Notes: a model not told the origin generated them from the sequence alone. 63,736 nt of DNA, filler included, from Lama guanicoe (GCA_013239625.1; 91 parts of 91 records of this genome joined end to end with filler, not necessarily neighbours in it); one strand, 5' to 3'. Shown: positions 37,828-50,389, counted from the whole stretch's first letter. Numbers and translations are program-made.

Positions 37828-38272
37828 NNNNNNNNNNNNNNNNNNNNNNNNNNNNNNNNNNNNNNNNNNNNTTAATTAATTAANNNNNNNNNNNNNNNNN
37901 NNNNNNNNNNNNNNNNNNNNNNNNNNNGAGTAGTTGTATTTGTAGAAGAAACAGCTACTTATTTTAACTTTCTTAAAAGAATTTAATTACTCTAGAAAAA
38001 GGAAGGCAGCAGACTGACCGCCTCCAAGGTGAGGCCCTGAGGAATCAGGGAAATCTATTTTTACATCAAATCACCCAATTTGTAAATGGTGACAACAGAT
38101 TCATATTTTCATAAAACTCTCTATGGGCCAAACAAAACATGTTTGCAGTTTCCTCCTTGAGGTGTGTGATGTTTATTCTCATGTGTAAGGATGAAGTTGG
38201 ATAAATTTTCAGACTAACTCCATTTGACTGTTTATGAAATTTTCCGTTAATATTTTTTGGGAGATAACTAGG

Positions 38273-38367
38273 TTTATTATTTATTTTTAGAGGAAGCACT
38301 GGGGATTGAACCCAGGACCTCATGCATGCCAAGCACGCATTCTACCACTTAAGCTATACCCTACCCC
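38273..38367 (-). mobile_element. tRNA-derived SINE, camelid Vic-1-like
   Basis: Minus strand GGGGTAGGGTATAGCTTAAGTGGTAGAATGCGTGCTTGGCATGCATGAGGTCCTGGGTTCAATCCCCAGTGCTTCC plus an A-rich tail. Confidence 0.87.
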
Positions 38368-38902
38368 TCTGAAATTTTCCATTAATATTAATTTGTGGCT
38401 TGTTTACTTTTTTGGTCATATGCTGGTGATTTCTAGTAGAAACATGGTAACAGGCACCATAAATTTTTTGGTTTTGTTTCCTTTTAGTTGATAGGGAGAA
38501 AAACTTAAAATTACGAAAGCTGTATCTGTTAACTAAATTTTAAATTGTAAATCTGAAATTTATGTGCTTAAATATTATTCTGGTTAAACGTTTTGCTAAT
38601 AAGGTGCTTTATAAGGAAGTAAGGTATGAAAAGTTAAGTCTATAACTAAGATCCTCGTAAGTAAGTCATAAATACATACAATTATAATCCAGGGTAGACT
38701 CAAGTTACGTAAATTCATTGTAAGTGTTAGGTTTCTACACTCATTAGGCTCAGGGTTTAGGAGGATAATCACGTTGGAGGAGTCAATAAATTTTTGCATC
38801 CTNNNNNNNNNNNNNNNNNNNNNNNNNNNNNNNNNNNNNNNNNNNNTTAATTAATTAANNNNNNNNNNNNNNNNNNNNNNNNNNNNNNNNNNNNNNNNNN
38901 NN

Positions 38903-38991
38903 CTGTGTCTTGTAAATCAGGACTGTTAACTCCTGTCTACCAGACTCTCACATCATGAGGCAGCTCCCCGTATCTCCCCCTTTCTTTTTCT
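38903..38991 (-). mobile_element. ERV polypurine tract (38973-38991) and start of 3' LTR
   Basis: Minus strand agaaaaagaaagggggaga lies about 45 nt after the env stop codon. Confidence 0.75.
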
Positions 38992-39034
38992 AAAGTTTCC
39001 CTACCTTTTTATTCTTTGCCAAGGAAAACGTTAT

Positions 39035-39564
39035 TTAACCTTGTGATTTAGGCTTAGAAATTCTGGAAAACATTAATAGCCTTTGAGGAACAAAATTGCT
39101 AAACGCTTGGAAAAAGCATGGTCCACAAAGTAAAATCATCAAAACTACAATACAAATAATTATAAGATTCTTCCACCAATCACTCTTAAACTAGGAAAGA
39201 ATTGTACTTAAAACCGAAGGATCAGGATCAGCCATAGTGTCTACTTGTTTTTGAATATCCATTACAGCCTGAGATAAATTTCCTGATAAATCAGGAATAA
39301 AAACGCAGCATTCTATCTTAATTATAGCGCACGTCCCGCCTTGAGCTGCAGTAAGAATATCTAAAGCCATGCCGTTCTGTAGAACTGTTTTTTTCATCTG
39401 TTTTTGTTCTTCATTTAAATCTTCTATTGCTTCTTAGTATCTATTAATGCTTGCTGAGTAAAATTAGTAAGTGCATCAACTTTTAACATAATAACTGTAT
39501 TCCCCAAAGAAGGTCCAAAAACTGCAGCAAGATAATCATACCATTTAAAAACAACTAGACCATC
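39035..39564 (-). pseudogene. env: Endogenous retrovirus env, TM subunit (gamma-type), disabled
   Basis: Fusion-peptide region VFKWYDYLAAVFGPSLG, heptad VDALTNFTQQAL, ISD LQNGMALDILTAAQGG, CX6CC (CAIIKIECC) and TM helix WWKNLIIICIVVLMILLCGPC. There is a 1-nt frameshift near 39433 and an in-frame TAG at 39191-39193. Confidence 0.95.
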
Positions 39565-40379
39565 NNNNNNNNNNNNNNNNNNNNNNNNNNNNNNNNNNNN
39601 NNNNNNNNTTAATTAATTAANNNNNNNNNNNNNNNNNNNNNNNNNNNNNNNNNNNNNNNNNNNNTCCATCTATGATACTGCAAATTATGGCAATAAAAAA
39701 AGGACCATTTGATTTGATAGTGGTATATACTTTTTTTTGTTTTGCATGGTCCAGATATGATTCAGTGTGAATAGTGAGTGACACAATTTATCCAACAAGA
39801 GTTATCCAACAGCACTGAGTGCCAACTGCCATGTAGATAACTTAATAGCCCCCACTGGTATTGAACCCAACAAAAATAGAAATTAACACACTGTCTAGAT
39901 TATGGTCCAATTAGTCTTGGTAGGTTTTAACTTTTTAGCACTGTATCTTAAGTAGCAGCTCTCAACTTTCTGAGGGTCACAGTTCTTTGAATATGTTTCC
40001 CAGAAAAGTGAACATAGTCACAAAATTTCTTCTCACTTTTTTTCTACTTTTAAAGATTGGCAGAGTTGCAAATAGTTGGTTTTAACAGCGAGCAGTTTTT
40101 TTTTAAAAGCACGTGTGTGTGTGTGTGTGAGATGTTTGACTGTCCTCATGAATGTGCCATCNNNNNNNNNNNNNNNNNNNNNNNNNNNNNNNNNNNNNNN
40201 NNNNNTTAATTAATTAANNNNNNNNNNNNNNNNNNNNNNNNNNNNNNNNNNNNNNNNNNNNCCAGGGACTCCAGTCCAGAACAAATGGTTTGAGCTACTT
40301 CATCATGCAAGCTTTCACCAGATCTCAGCCATTTGTTGACGTTCTACACCCAATCCCATTTTTATCCTTAGGAGTAAGG

Positions 40380-40890
40380 CTCTTCGTAACGATTATAAAG
40401 CTTATCTACCGCAATGCAACACTCAACATCATGTGAGTCAATATTAGAACAATAATTTGTAAACTCGTCTGCCACCAGGACACTTGTTTGGGAGATATTA
40501 ATAGATGTGCACTGAAAAAAAGGTGTCGAATACTTGTCAAACGCGTTTGAGGAATTCTGCACACTGTACTCTTACCCTTAAGCTCACACTGCCTACCACT
40601 CTCAAGAATCTTGTACTCAATAAAACGGCTTAAATTTGATAAAGTCTCCTAATGTACCTGAACGTGGGACACTCTCCCCCTCCCTCATTCAAAGCTCTTA
40701 AGATCCCACCCACACACTGTACCATGTGCTCTAGTTTGTGGAACAAATAGCATTTTCTTGGCAGGGGAAAGTGAGAGGCCCCACCCGCATCACTATGATC
40801 TGTAAGTTCTAGTCAGTGAAATAAAATGGAAAAAAACTGGGTTAGGATATGTAACTATTCAAAATACAAGTTTTATTTTATTTCACGTTT
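40380..40890. mobile_element. Possible old hAT-type DNA transposon remnant
   Basis: Stop-interrupted + strand translation RL*SLSTAMQHSTSCESILEQ*FVNSSATR weakly resembles the hAT C-terminal dimerisation region. Confidence 0.3.
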
Positions 40891-41289
40891 GCTGCTGCGG
40901 CAGTACTTTGCCTAGAAAATCCAGATGCATCCACCGAAAACTAATGGAACCAATAATATGTGCAGATAAAAACAAATGTATAATAAGGTAAAACGCTTTC
41001 CTCTGTGCTAGTCATAACCAGCTGTACACATCGTTGTGTGAAAAGTAAACGGCACACTCACAGTGGAACATANNNNNNNNNNNNNNNNNNNNNNNNNNNN
41101 NNNNNNNNNNNNNNNNTTAATTAATTAANNNNNNNNNNNNNNNNNNNNNNNNNNNNNNNNNNNNNNNNNNNNTGCCACTAACTCCCTAGGCAGGGCTGGG
41201 GGTGGGAAATCCTCTTCTTAACTTTTCCTTGGAGGCAAAGACCATGCCTTGTACGTACCACTGCTACGGCTACCACTCGTGCTGTGATT

Positions 41290-41690
41290 TCTTGAGTGCT
41301 TGCTGGGTGTTGGGTATTGTAGCAGATGCTTCAGGCAGTTTAGCTCATTAAATCTCCATCTGCCAGAAAATGTCAATATATCTCCATTTTACAGATAAGG
41401 AAGCTGAGGCTTTAGGAAGCCCAGTTATGCTGCCTAAGGTCCTATGAGTATGTAAGAGGGAGAGCCCAGGGCTGTCTGATTTCAAGGTCTGTGCGTGTCC
41501 TCCTTCAAGATCTGTAACACGCGGGGCTGAACTTAGCCTTCACAACAGTGACTTTTAACCTTGCTTGTGCCCTGGAATCATGGGGGAGCTCTAAGGAATA
41601 CTGATGCCAAAGTCCACCCCCAGGGATGCTGTCATAATTTGTCTAGCCTGGGAAGTGGGATTTTTAACGCTCTTCAGTTTATCTTCTAGC
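41290..41690. mobile_element. MIR followed by a MER5-like fragment
   Basis: ccattttacagataaggaagctgaggct...gcctaaggtc (MIR core); ggaatcatgggggagctctaaggaatactgatgcc...cacccccag (MER5-like). Confidence 0.65.
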
Positions 41691-43138
41691 AGGAGCGAGA
41701 ACCCCCGCTTTGCTTGGTTTCAGGAACTGGGGGGAGAAGGCTGCGAGGGCTGGGGCACTTTCTGATTTTGGAGCTCCAGTTTTCACAGAGCTGCCTTTTC
41801 TTGGAATGACCTCTTGAAAATATCCTTTAAATGCTAGATTCCCGGGGCTGGGCTGGAGCTTCTGTGCAGCTCTAAGACGTGAAGCACCTGAGGAGGGACA
41901 GAGGTAAATATTNNNNNNNNNNNNNNNNNNNNNNNNNNNNNNNNNNNNNNNNNNNNTTAATTAATTAANNNNNNNNNNNNNNNNNNNNNNNNNNNNNNNN
42001 NNNNNNNNNNNNCACTTATGCACCTCCTGATTAATGGGACTGCATGACTCTTCTTACAAAGTATAAATGTAGATTTTGTTCTTAAAAAATTTCTTGACAC
42101 AGTGGTGCAGAAAGCCACTGGCCAACCATTGGCAAGATCCCCTCTAGGACAATTTGCTCCCTTGAATTCTCTTCCTGTAAGAAGTTTCCCCACATTTTCT
42201 TTGGCCATTATTTATGGAGCACCTGCTGCTTGTCAGGCCATTGGGGAGGTCATCTAAGTCACTGGCTCCCTTCCCTACCATAGTCCCCAATTCACCTGCA
42301 CTCCTTACCAGGGATAGTCCTATGCTTCATAGGTGGAATCATTGACTTCTTAGGAACACGGCTTGATGCCAAAATTCACTCTATTTGCTACATACAGCTA
42401 CATATTTAAAACACTGAATGTGTTCATTGCATTCTAAACATCAGAACATACACCGAAACAAAAACTTAAAAACTGGCCATAGTCTATCTCAAGCTGATGG
42501 AAGGGCTTGTGTACTACTCAAATTGTTAGCAAGTTTTTTTTTCTTGTGGGCACCAGCAATTATTTTGTATTGGTAATCTGTGNNNNNNNNNNNNNNNNNN
42601 NNNNNNNNNNNNNNNNNNNNNNNNNNTTAATTAATTAANNNNNNNNNNNNNNNNNNNNNNNNNNNNNNNNNNNNNNNNNNNNGCGTATTACGTAAAATGC
42701 AAATAATGTGTCCAAGGCCAGCTAGGTAGCATGTGGTAGAGCTTGAGTCTACCCAGGCTTGACCTTGTCTCCAGCGATGCACATTTTCAGGCGTCTTATG
42801 AAAATAAAGGAGAGAGGCACAGGTTTTTCAGAGTGGGATTAATTAACAGGGAGCATTTAAGAACAGTCCGGATGTGCGCATGCCAGAGGGCCTGCTCTAT
42901 GTAACGGTCACTTGGTGAGACTGTCTTGCCGGGAACTCCTTTTGGCTCTTTGGTACGTAAACCTCCCTGTGTGAGCGATGTCCATGGGTGCACCCACCTT
43001 ACACAGAACCTCCTTTGGAGCAAACTGGGTTTTAGCAAAGCCTCAGGGCATTTGTTCAGAAGGACACCGGGAAGACAGTGGGAAGTTTTTTAAAAAGAGG
43101 TGAGTCCAAACCAGCAGAAGCAGAAAACGTGGTAGCTT

Positions 43139-43625
43139 TGACAGAAACCACTTTAGAAACACTTTAGTATCAAGTCCAAACTAGTTCTGCTTGCCACACG
43201 ACAGGCCAGTAAGTCGGGAGATCAGGTGCTGGGGCAGGGAATAACAACTTTATTCAGAAAGCCGGCAGACTAATTTTCTGGAGAACCATCCCAAGTCAGA
43301 ATTCAGGCTCCTTTTACACTAGAAAGACGGGGAAGTGTGGCTGGTTGTTGCAAACTTCTTGGTGTCCGAATCCTTTGTTCTTGCAGCTGGCCACGCAGGT
43401 CAGGTCATGGTGTTCCTATAAACCTCCCACAAGACAAATGGTATTTTCTATTCTGCAACTTTTTATCTTTATGTGAATGGGGAAGTGTTAAACCCTGAAA
43501 AGTCAGAGCCTTGAGAATGGGCTCTCCAGTCTATTTCAGGCTACAAGCAACATCCTTTTACGAAAGGTGCAGAAGCAGCGTGACTCCGCACAGGAAACAG
43601 AGCACAAAGAGCCAAAGGAACAGAT
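43139..43625 (-). mobile_element. ERV1-class LTR (cetartiodactyl)
   Basis: cgacaggccagtaagtcgggagatcaggtgctggggcagggaataacaactttattcagaaagccggcagac...ctggttgttgcaaacttcttggtgtc, recalled artiodactyl LTR; AATAAA on the minus strand. Confidence 0.7.
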
Positions 43626-43847
43626 NNNNNNNNNNNNNNNNNNNNNNNNNNNNNNNNNNNNNNNNNNNNTTAATTAATTAANNNNNNNNNNNNNNNNNNN
43701 NNNNNNNNNNNNNNNNNNNNNNNNNCGCCGTGCCCCTGGGCCAGAGTAAAGAGCGCTGGGTGCTCTGGGTGCCCTGGTTTCCTCCTTCTTCACTTGGGTT
43801 GCAGAGCCCGGGGGCCTCTGTCTGAGCCCCGGGAGTATTCTCCTGCT

Positions 43848-44014
43848 TCACATCCCAGTGCTCAGAAGCTGGTCACCGGAGGCACGGGTGCTTCTCTCGA
43901 GTATGAAGGCTGCCACAGCCAGGACCACGACCACGAAGACCCCAGCGGAGATGGCAGCACAGTGATCGCTCCCCTGGGCGGTGGCCTACTCCTCCAGGGG
44001 GGCCACAGGCAGGT
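43848..44014 (-). pseudogene. Candidate transmembrane-encoding terminal exon with an in-frame stop
   Basis: ctcctctccttcccag| phase-1 acceptor, then LPVAPLEE*ATAQGSDHCAAISAGVFVVVVLAVAAFILERSTRASGDQLLSTGM*. Confidence 0.35.
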
Positions 44015-44802
44015 CTGGGAAGGAGAGGAGAGCTCGGATCAGGATAAGCCCAGGAGGGAAGGGGAGGGAGACAAGTCAGGGTGCGGGTCCCTGGGCAGGG
44101 GACTGTTTGTCTGGTGGGGGGAGGCGAAGGGAGACGGGAGCACCTTTCAGGAAACTGAAGCTAGACCCCAAAGGGCAGCTGAGTCTCTCTCTGGGAGAGT
44201 CCACAGTGCTTGTCAGCCAACAGGAGCGGGGAAGGGTTCTGAAGAGGAAGTCAGGTCAGGGCTTTATAACTCAGCTGACTCAAGGCCCCCGATGGATGGG
44301 AGGGGAGCAGGTTGGGGAAATGGGTACAACAGTTCCAGCAAGAGACACACAGGCCTTAAGTTACTGCAGCACCGGTGGGAAGAGACGTAGAGGTGTCCCC
44401 NNNNNNNNNNNNNNNNNNNNNNNNNNNNNNNNNNNNNNNNNNNNTTAATTAATTAANNNNNNNNNNNNNNNNNNNNNNNNNNNNNNNNNNNNNNNNNNNN
44501 AGAAGGTTGGAAATACGCAAACCCTGCACCCATTAGTAACACAATAAAAATTTTTTAACTTTTAATGTCCCTTCACACTTGAATGACCACTGTTTTCTAA
44601 GGGCCCTAGCAATGTATTAACTAGAAGCAAAACAAAATATGTATGGCGTGTTTCCATCCGTTAACACGGTGCTCTGCCAGTCAGTTTAGTGGTACCTCAT
44701 TTTACTATTGGTGACAATAAAAATAATAAAGAAATTCAACAAAATAGAATATTTGGCATTGTTTTCTGGACTTCACATTACATTTAGGTATCTCTTGTTC
44801 AG

Positions 44803-44826
44803 TGTGTGTGTGTGTGTGTGTGTGTG
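44803..44826. repeat. (TG)n microsatellite
   Basis: About 12 TG units. Confidence 0.92.
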
Positions 44827-46904
44827 CATGTGTGTTAATATGAGTAAGAATGTATATACAGGTAATCAGATGTAAAAACAGAAAAGATCAGAAATATAAG
44901 ATGAAATTTTAGGATATATCACTAATTAGGCAGTAGAGAAGAGGAAAGAACTAGACATTAATATGTGATTTGCTAGCAGTCAGGCATTGGAATTGAATGG
45001 CTAGTTATTTATTTTAATATTCAGAATCATAGTTGCTTCATTTATAAAATGTAATTAGTGGCACTACTAAGGTACAGATTTTCAAAAAAGTTTAAAAAAT
45101 GATATGCAAATATACTAACGATTTATTTAACTCAATTTAACCATTTATTTAACAATTTAACAATTTATTTAACTCAAATAATTTAATAAGGAAGACAGTA
45201 AGTGTTAAAGGTGAATTTGAAGACTAGAGACATCTATAGACAATTTGTAATGATGAATCTCCTAATACAAGCAAATTAATTAATACCCTATAAGACAANN
45301 NNNNNNNNNNNNNNNNNNNNNNNNNNNNNNNNNNNNNNNNNNTTAATTAATTAANNNNNNNNNNNNNNNNNNNNNNNNNNNNNNNNNNNNNNNNNNNNAA
45401 AGCAATGTTTTGTTTTGTTTTCACTGTAAGTCTGTGTGTTTATACTTGTCACCCACCGCAATTTTGACTCCACACATTTTAAGTGTCCGTTAGCCCATTA
45501 CTCTGTTAGACAACACAGCCTTAGAGCATTCAGTGAAATGCTCTGAAATGTTTTAAATGAGGTATGTAAAGATATTGTGGTGTATAAAATATGGATAGCG
45601 GGCTGAGAAGTAACAAGCCAGCAAAACAAGCAGGCTGACATGTTTCTGAGTTTACCTGAATGTTTACTTTTATAAAAATATTCTGAGCTGGCTTATTTGA
45701 CTCAGAATTTGTCTGATTTCAACAAAAATACAGAGATTACGTGACCTGTGTAGGATGATGAGGATAATCAAAAATTNNNNNNNNNNNNNNNNNNNNNNNN
45801 NNNNNNNNNNNNNNNNNNNNTTAATTAATTAANNNNNNNNNNNNNNNNNNNNNNNNNNNNNNNNNNNNNNNNNNNNCTGAAGTACCAGATTCCCTATGAA
45901 GGAACTATGCTTTGGGCTGTGGCCACGGGGACACTGCTGGAGCGAGCAAGTTAAGAAGATGGGTAGCACTTCCACCTGTGCCCCAAGCATGGGCGTGGCC
46001 CTGAAGGGCAGCTCCTGGCGGCACTCCAGGAGGCTCCTGCACGTCTGTGGAGAGCCAGTGGTCAGGGTGGGACCCAGCGTGTATGCGTGCTCTGGGGACT
46101 CTATCATGGCAAGCCTGGTCTCATCTGGTCCTACCCCAGGGTGCTTAGGCAGAAATCTTGGATACCAGTGTGAAGTTCTCCCGCACAGAGAAGGAAGGGA
46201 GAGGGAACCCTGGGAAAGAAGGGATGTGCTTAGATCTTGGAGAAGGTCACGGGTGTCTCATTCCGGGGCATGCATGCACTTTGGGGTTGGGGCAGTGATG
46301 AGCTGTGAATGGGAGAGATGAAGGCAGTGGGGTCTGGGGTGGATCAGAGGAGGTCAGTCAGATGGCAGGTAGCCAACTGAACTTGGCAGAAGTGCTGGTA
46401 CAGTTGGCAGCCTCCTCCACGTGGTGCCCTCATTGTGGGAAGAGGGCAGCCTTTCTGGGGGTGCAGTGCACCATGCAGAGTCCTGGAGATCACGTGTAGG
46501 GAGGCGGTCAGGGACCATAAGCAGGAGAGGTCCTGTATGTGTGCCGCGTGTCTGAGGCATGGACGGGCTTGGAGAGCCCATGGGGCGGAGGGAGAAGAGC
46601 TGACTCGGAGAGCCAGCTGTGCTCTCTCTGGTCATTTTCCGATTCAGGGCAGGTCTAACTTCCTGCTTGCGGGACTCAGCTTTTTCACGTGTAAAATGGG
46701 GTGAAACCAATCCTGTGGGGGTCTTGTGTGAGAGCACTCTGCTGGTTTGTTGGCTGGGGCTCTCGTGAGAGGAGGGAGCTGGCNNNNNNNNNNNNNNNNN
46801 NNNNNNNNNNNNNNNNNNNNNNNNNNNTTAATTAATTAANNNNNNNNNNNNNNNNNNNNNNNNNNNNNNNNNNNNNNNNNNNNTCATGGAGGTAAACAAC
46901 TATC

Positions 46905-47177
46905 ACACTTACAACCATTCTGTTTCTCACTTTCAGTACAATATCCAGCAAATTACAGGAGATAGTCAATGATTTATTGTAACATAGGCTTTTTGTTAGT
47001 TGAGTTTGCCCAGCTGTAGGCTCATGTAAATTTTCTGAGCATCTCTAAGGCAGGCTGGGCTAAGTATGATGCTCAGTAGGTTAGGTGTATTAAAGGAGGC
47101 ATTTTCAACTTACAATATTTTCAATTTGCTATATGCTTGTTGGGATGTGACCCCATCAAAAGTTGAGAAAGATGTGC
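46905..47177 (-). mobile_element. Tigger3/MER7 (Golem)-like Tc1/mariner DNA transposon end
   Basis: acaaccattctgtttctcactttcagtaca...taggttaggtgtattaaa...ttttcaacttacaatattttcaa...accccatcaaaagttgagaaagatgtg. Confidence 0.82.
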
Positions 47178-47590
47178 AATTTTGCTCACAGACAGTATGG
47201 AGAGATTAAATTCTTTATTGTGTAAGTCATAGGAAATCTTGGTAGTTTAGAAAAGGTTTTAAAAGGTTAATGGTATTAATAAACACTTCATATATTACTA
47301 CTTATTATTTCATGATGTTATTAATCAAGTGAAAAAGGATCCTGAAATAAAGACAACAGAGATCCCTAAAGCATCTTGCTAAGTATAATAAAACACCACA
47401 TGACTTTTACAATCACAGTAAGAATGCATTAATGCAACTTAGCCCTTTGACACATCCCTTATTACCCTTCCACACACATAACTGGCTATTNNNNNNNNNN
47501 NNNNNNNNNNNNNNNNNNNNNNNNNNNNNNNNNNTTAATTAATTAANNNNNNNNNNNNNNNNNNNNNNNNNNNNNNNNNNNNNNNNNNNN

Positions 47591-47766
47591 CAATAGCCAG
47601 GGAAGAGGCAGGGACAGATTCTCCCTCACAGCCCTCGGAGGAGCCAACCTTGCCCGCATCTTGTTTTGGACTTCAAGACTCCAGAACTGTGAGGGAACAA
47701 ATTTCTGTTGTTGAAGTCCCCCAGCCTGTTTCACTTTAGCTACTGCAGCCCTGGGAGACTAATGCA
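47591..47766 (+). mobile_element. MaLR LTR (MLT1B/C-like) 3' part
   Basis: gattctccctcacagccctcggagga...ttggacttc...ccagaactgtgag...aaatttctgttgttgaag...gcagccctgggagactaatgca. Confidence 0.88.
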
Positions 47767-50050
47767 AAGGGAGGTATTTATTGGAGAAAAAGATGAACGT
47801 GGTGGCAGAGGAATTCTCATTAGCTCCCTGCATTAATAAGACTAGTTTCTGTCCATAAACATGAATGGATCATTAAGGATTATTAAACATTTGAGAAAAA
47901 AGTGAATAAACAAAATAACTGCCTGGAAGATGTAGGCAATTTAGGAAAAAAATATTATTATGATTATCCTGAGAAGTTACTGCATCTATTAAATAAGAAT
48001 GGATAGTAGGAAACAAAACAAGAAGGAATTCTTAGAAATTAATTTATATCTCTATACATGTTTGGCTTGAAAAAAATCCGTAGATGTGATGAATGATAGA
48101 ATCTAGGAAACTTGCCAGATGTGAGGGGGGAGGGGGAAGATGTGGGAAATATGAGAAATGCAATTAAGAGACAAGGAGATGGATTCGATAGGTCTAATGC
48201 CCATCTAGAAAAAGTTCCCACTAGAGAGTAGGAAAATAAGAGACCACAGGGGAAAAATAATAAAAGTAAAAACAGAATATTTTCTAAGCCCCCCAGAACA
48301 TGAAAAACTGAAAAGTTCTGTNNNNNNNNNNNNNNNNNNNNNNNNNNNNNNNNNNNNNNNNNNNNTTAATTAATTAANNNNNNNNNNNNNNNNNNNNNNN
48401 NNNNNNNNNNNNNNNNNNNNNAGAACAGAGAAAGCCGCTGTTGGAGGCGGTTTTCAGTACAGAAAAGAGCAGGGGTCACTAGCGAGCTTCACCAGTTAAA
48501 ATAAGGAAACAACTTTGTCTGATTTTTGAGGATTAATGTGCTTTATAATATTTATTTTAGGAAAAATTATGTTCAATGATTTACTCTAAATATACATTTT
48601 TCTCTGAGGATTTCTTTTTAACTTAACTCTTTTTTCTTAATGGATGATCTTAATATAAGATTTTCAACTAGAAAGTGAAAATATTGACCCAAGGAAGACC
48701 CCAAGCCTCAGGTAAGCAATTTACTCAAGGTCACTAAACAAAAAAGGAGATGAAATTCAATTCAAATCCGATTTTGCTTCCCCCAAATTACGATATTGCA
48801 GTCCCGTTGAGTATTGCTCTGTGGAAAGCCCTGTACACTCAACACAATATGAGGAGATCATTGCTCTGCTCTTTCAGCCTGCTTTACATTTTCCATACCA
48901 GGCATCTCGGGCACTAATAGTGTTCTCTGCCTAAAACACATTCTTCTGATCTCCAGGGAGTCAGGGATTCTGTTTTGTTCACTCTTTTATTTTCAGGGTT
49001 TAGAGCAGTCTTGAGTTCGTAGTAGGTACTCATCAGATACTTGTGGAATGATTGAATAAATAATTCAATGTATCCGCTGTTTTACAGAAAGACATTCAGG
49101 AAAAAAAAAATGCCCCATTGTAAAACAGAGACCTACATACCATAGTGTTATAATTAGGTCAGTAAACAGAACACTGTGGGATTCCAAATNNNNNNNNNNN
49201 NNNNNNNNNNNNNNNNNNNNNNNNNNNNNNNNNTTAATTAATTAANNNNNNNNNNNNNNNNNNNNNNNNNNNNNNNNNNNNNNNNNNNNCTCTCCTTGAC
49301 ATAAAATCAACTTTTTGGACCGTTAATAGATGCTAGCATGTATCAAAACGTTTGGCCTTTTCCCTTGACTCATGCTTGAACTTCATGTCTCTGATACTAC
49401 ATTTCTTTGTTACTTCATTATTGGTTTATGCACCTACCTCTTCTCCAACAGAATTATATGTTTTTCTTCTTCATTGTACTTCAGATTCACAAGACTGGAC
49501 TGTATCTTTTCTCAGAAACTTCAATATTCAGTAAAGTGGCACAATGTCTAACTGATACAAATTTCATCAAATGAATCAGCGGTTCACAATAACAGTATAA
49601 ATGAAGGGACAAGCAAACAAATAAGCATGGAATATACAGGTTCTACCGCTCTTTGGTGTCAAATTAGCTTTTGGCTTGGTGTAACACAAAACCTGAATGT
49701 ATTTCAGCACAAACAATTTATAATCTTTGCTTTCCCCTGCAATGTCTTTATTTTTAATGCAGTACCAACAATAACAATAACAGACAAAAGTTNNNNNNNN
49801 NNNNNNNNNNNNNNNNNNNNNNNNNNNNNNNNNNNNTTAATTAATTAANNNNNNNNNNNNNNNNNNNNNNNNNNNNNNNNNNNNNNNNNNNNTTTACTAT
49901 TACATATACCTTTGGAGTAATGGCTTTTCTGAGTGGCTGAACTGAAACTTTTTCCAAGACATGCTCAGGTCATTTGATTTAGGCTCACCTCACTGTCATT
50001 TACTACTTTTTTTTTCCTTTTCATGGAACTTAGTTAAAATTTTCATTTAG

Positions 50051-50169
50051 GCATAGTTGAAAGAGAAATTCACACGCCCACTGTTATATATTCATCGAGT
50101 GATGAAAGTATTCTTACTACTGCGACCAAGGGGATACACCCTATGGTACCGCTAGAAGCAGTGGTGTGA
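50051..50169 (+). CDS. Candidate terminal coding exon, unidentified
   Basis: tttcatttag| then xIVEREIHTPTVIYSSSDESILTTATKGIHPMVPLEAVV*; four CpGs retained in an AT-rich contig. Confidence 0.25.
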
Positions 50170-50389
50170 GATCCTCCNNNNNNNNNNNNNNNNNNNNNNN
50201 NNNNNNNNNNNNNNNNNNNNNTTAATTAATTAANNNNNNNNNNNNNNNNNNNNNNNNNNNNNNNNNNNNNNNNNNNNGTATCTCAGACAGCGTTCATTAT
50301 TTTATCAAAGAGTATCAAGGAAAAAAGTAGTATCTGAGATATGGCTGTCAAACATCATCATTTGCCCACTTATTCTTCCTTAAAAAAGT

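Noticed and set aside
38290..38367. tRNA gene (also 31655-31730)
   Set aside because: The acceptor stem is mismatched and there is an A-rich tail, so this is a SINE and not a functional tRNA.
43794..44390. Longest ORF (198 aa, + strand)
   Set aside because: GC-rich sequence with a non-ATG start and no recognisable domain. The splice and hydrophobicity signals favour the opposite strand.
45120..45190. AT-rich short direct repeats (atttatttaac/aatttaac)
   Set aside because: A low-complexity slippage product with no evidence of function.
48700..48740. Splice donor cag|gtaagc
   Set aside because: It sits within a MIR-like core (aggtaagcaatttactcaaggtcac), with no supporting upstream exon.
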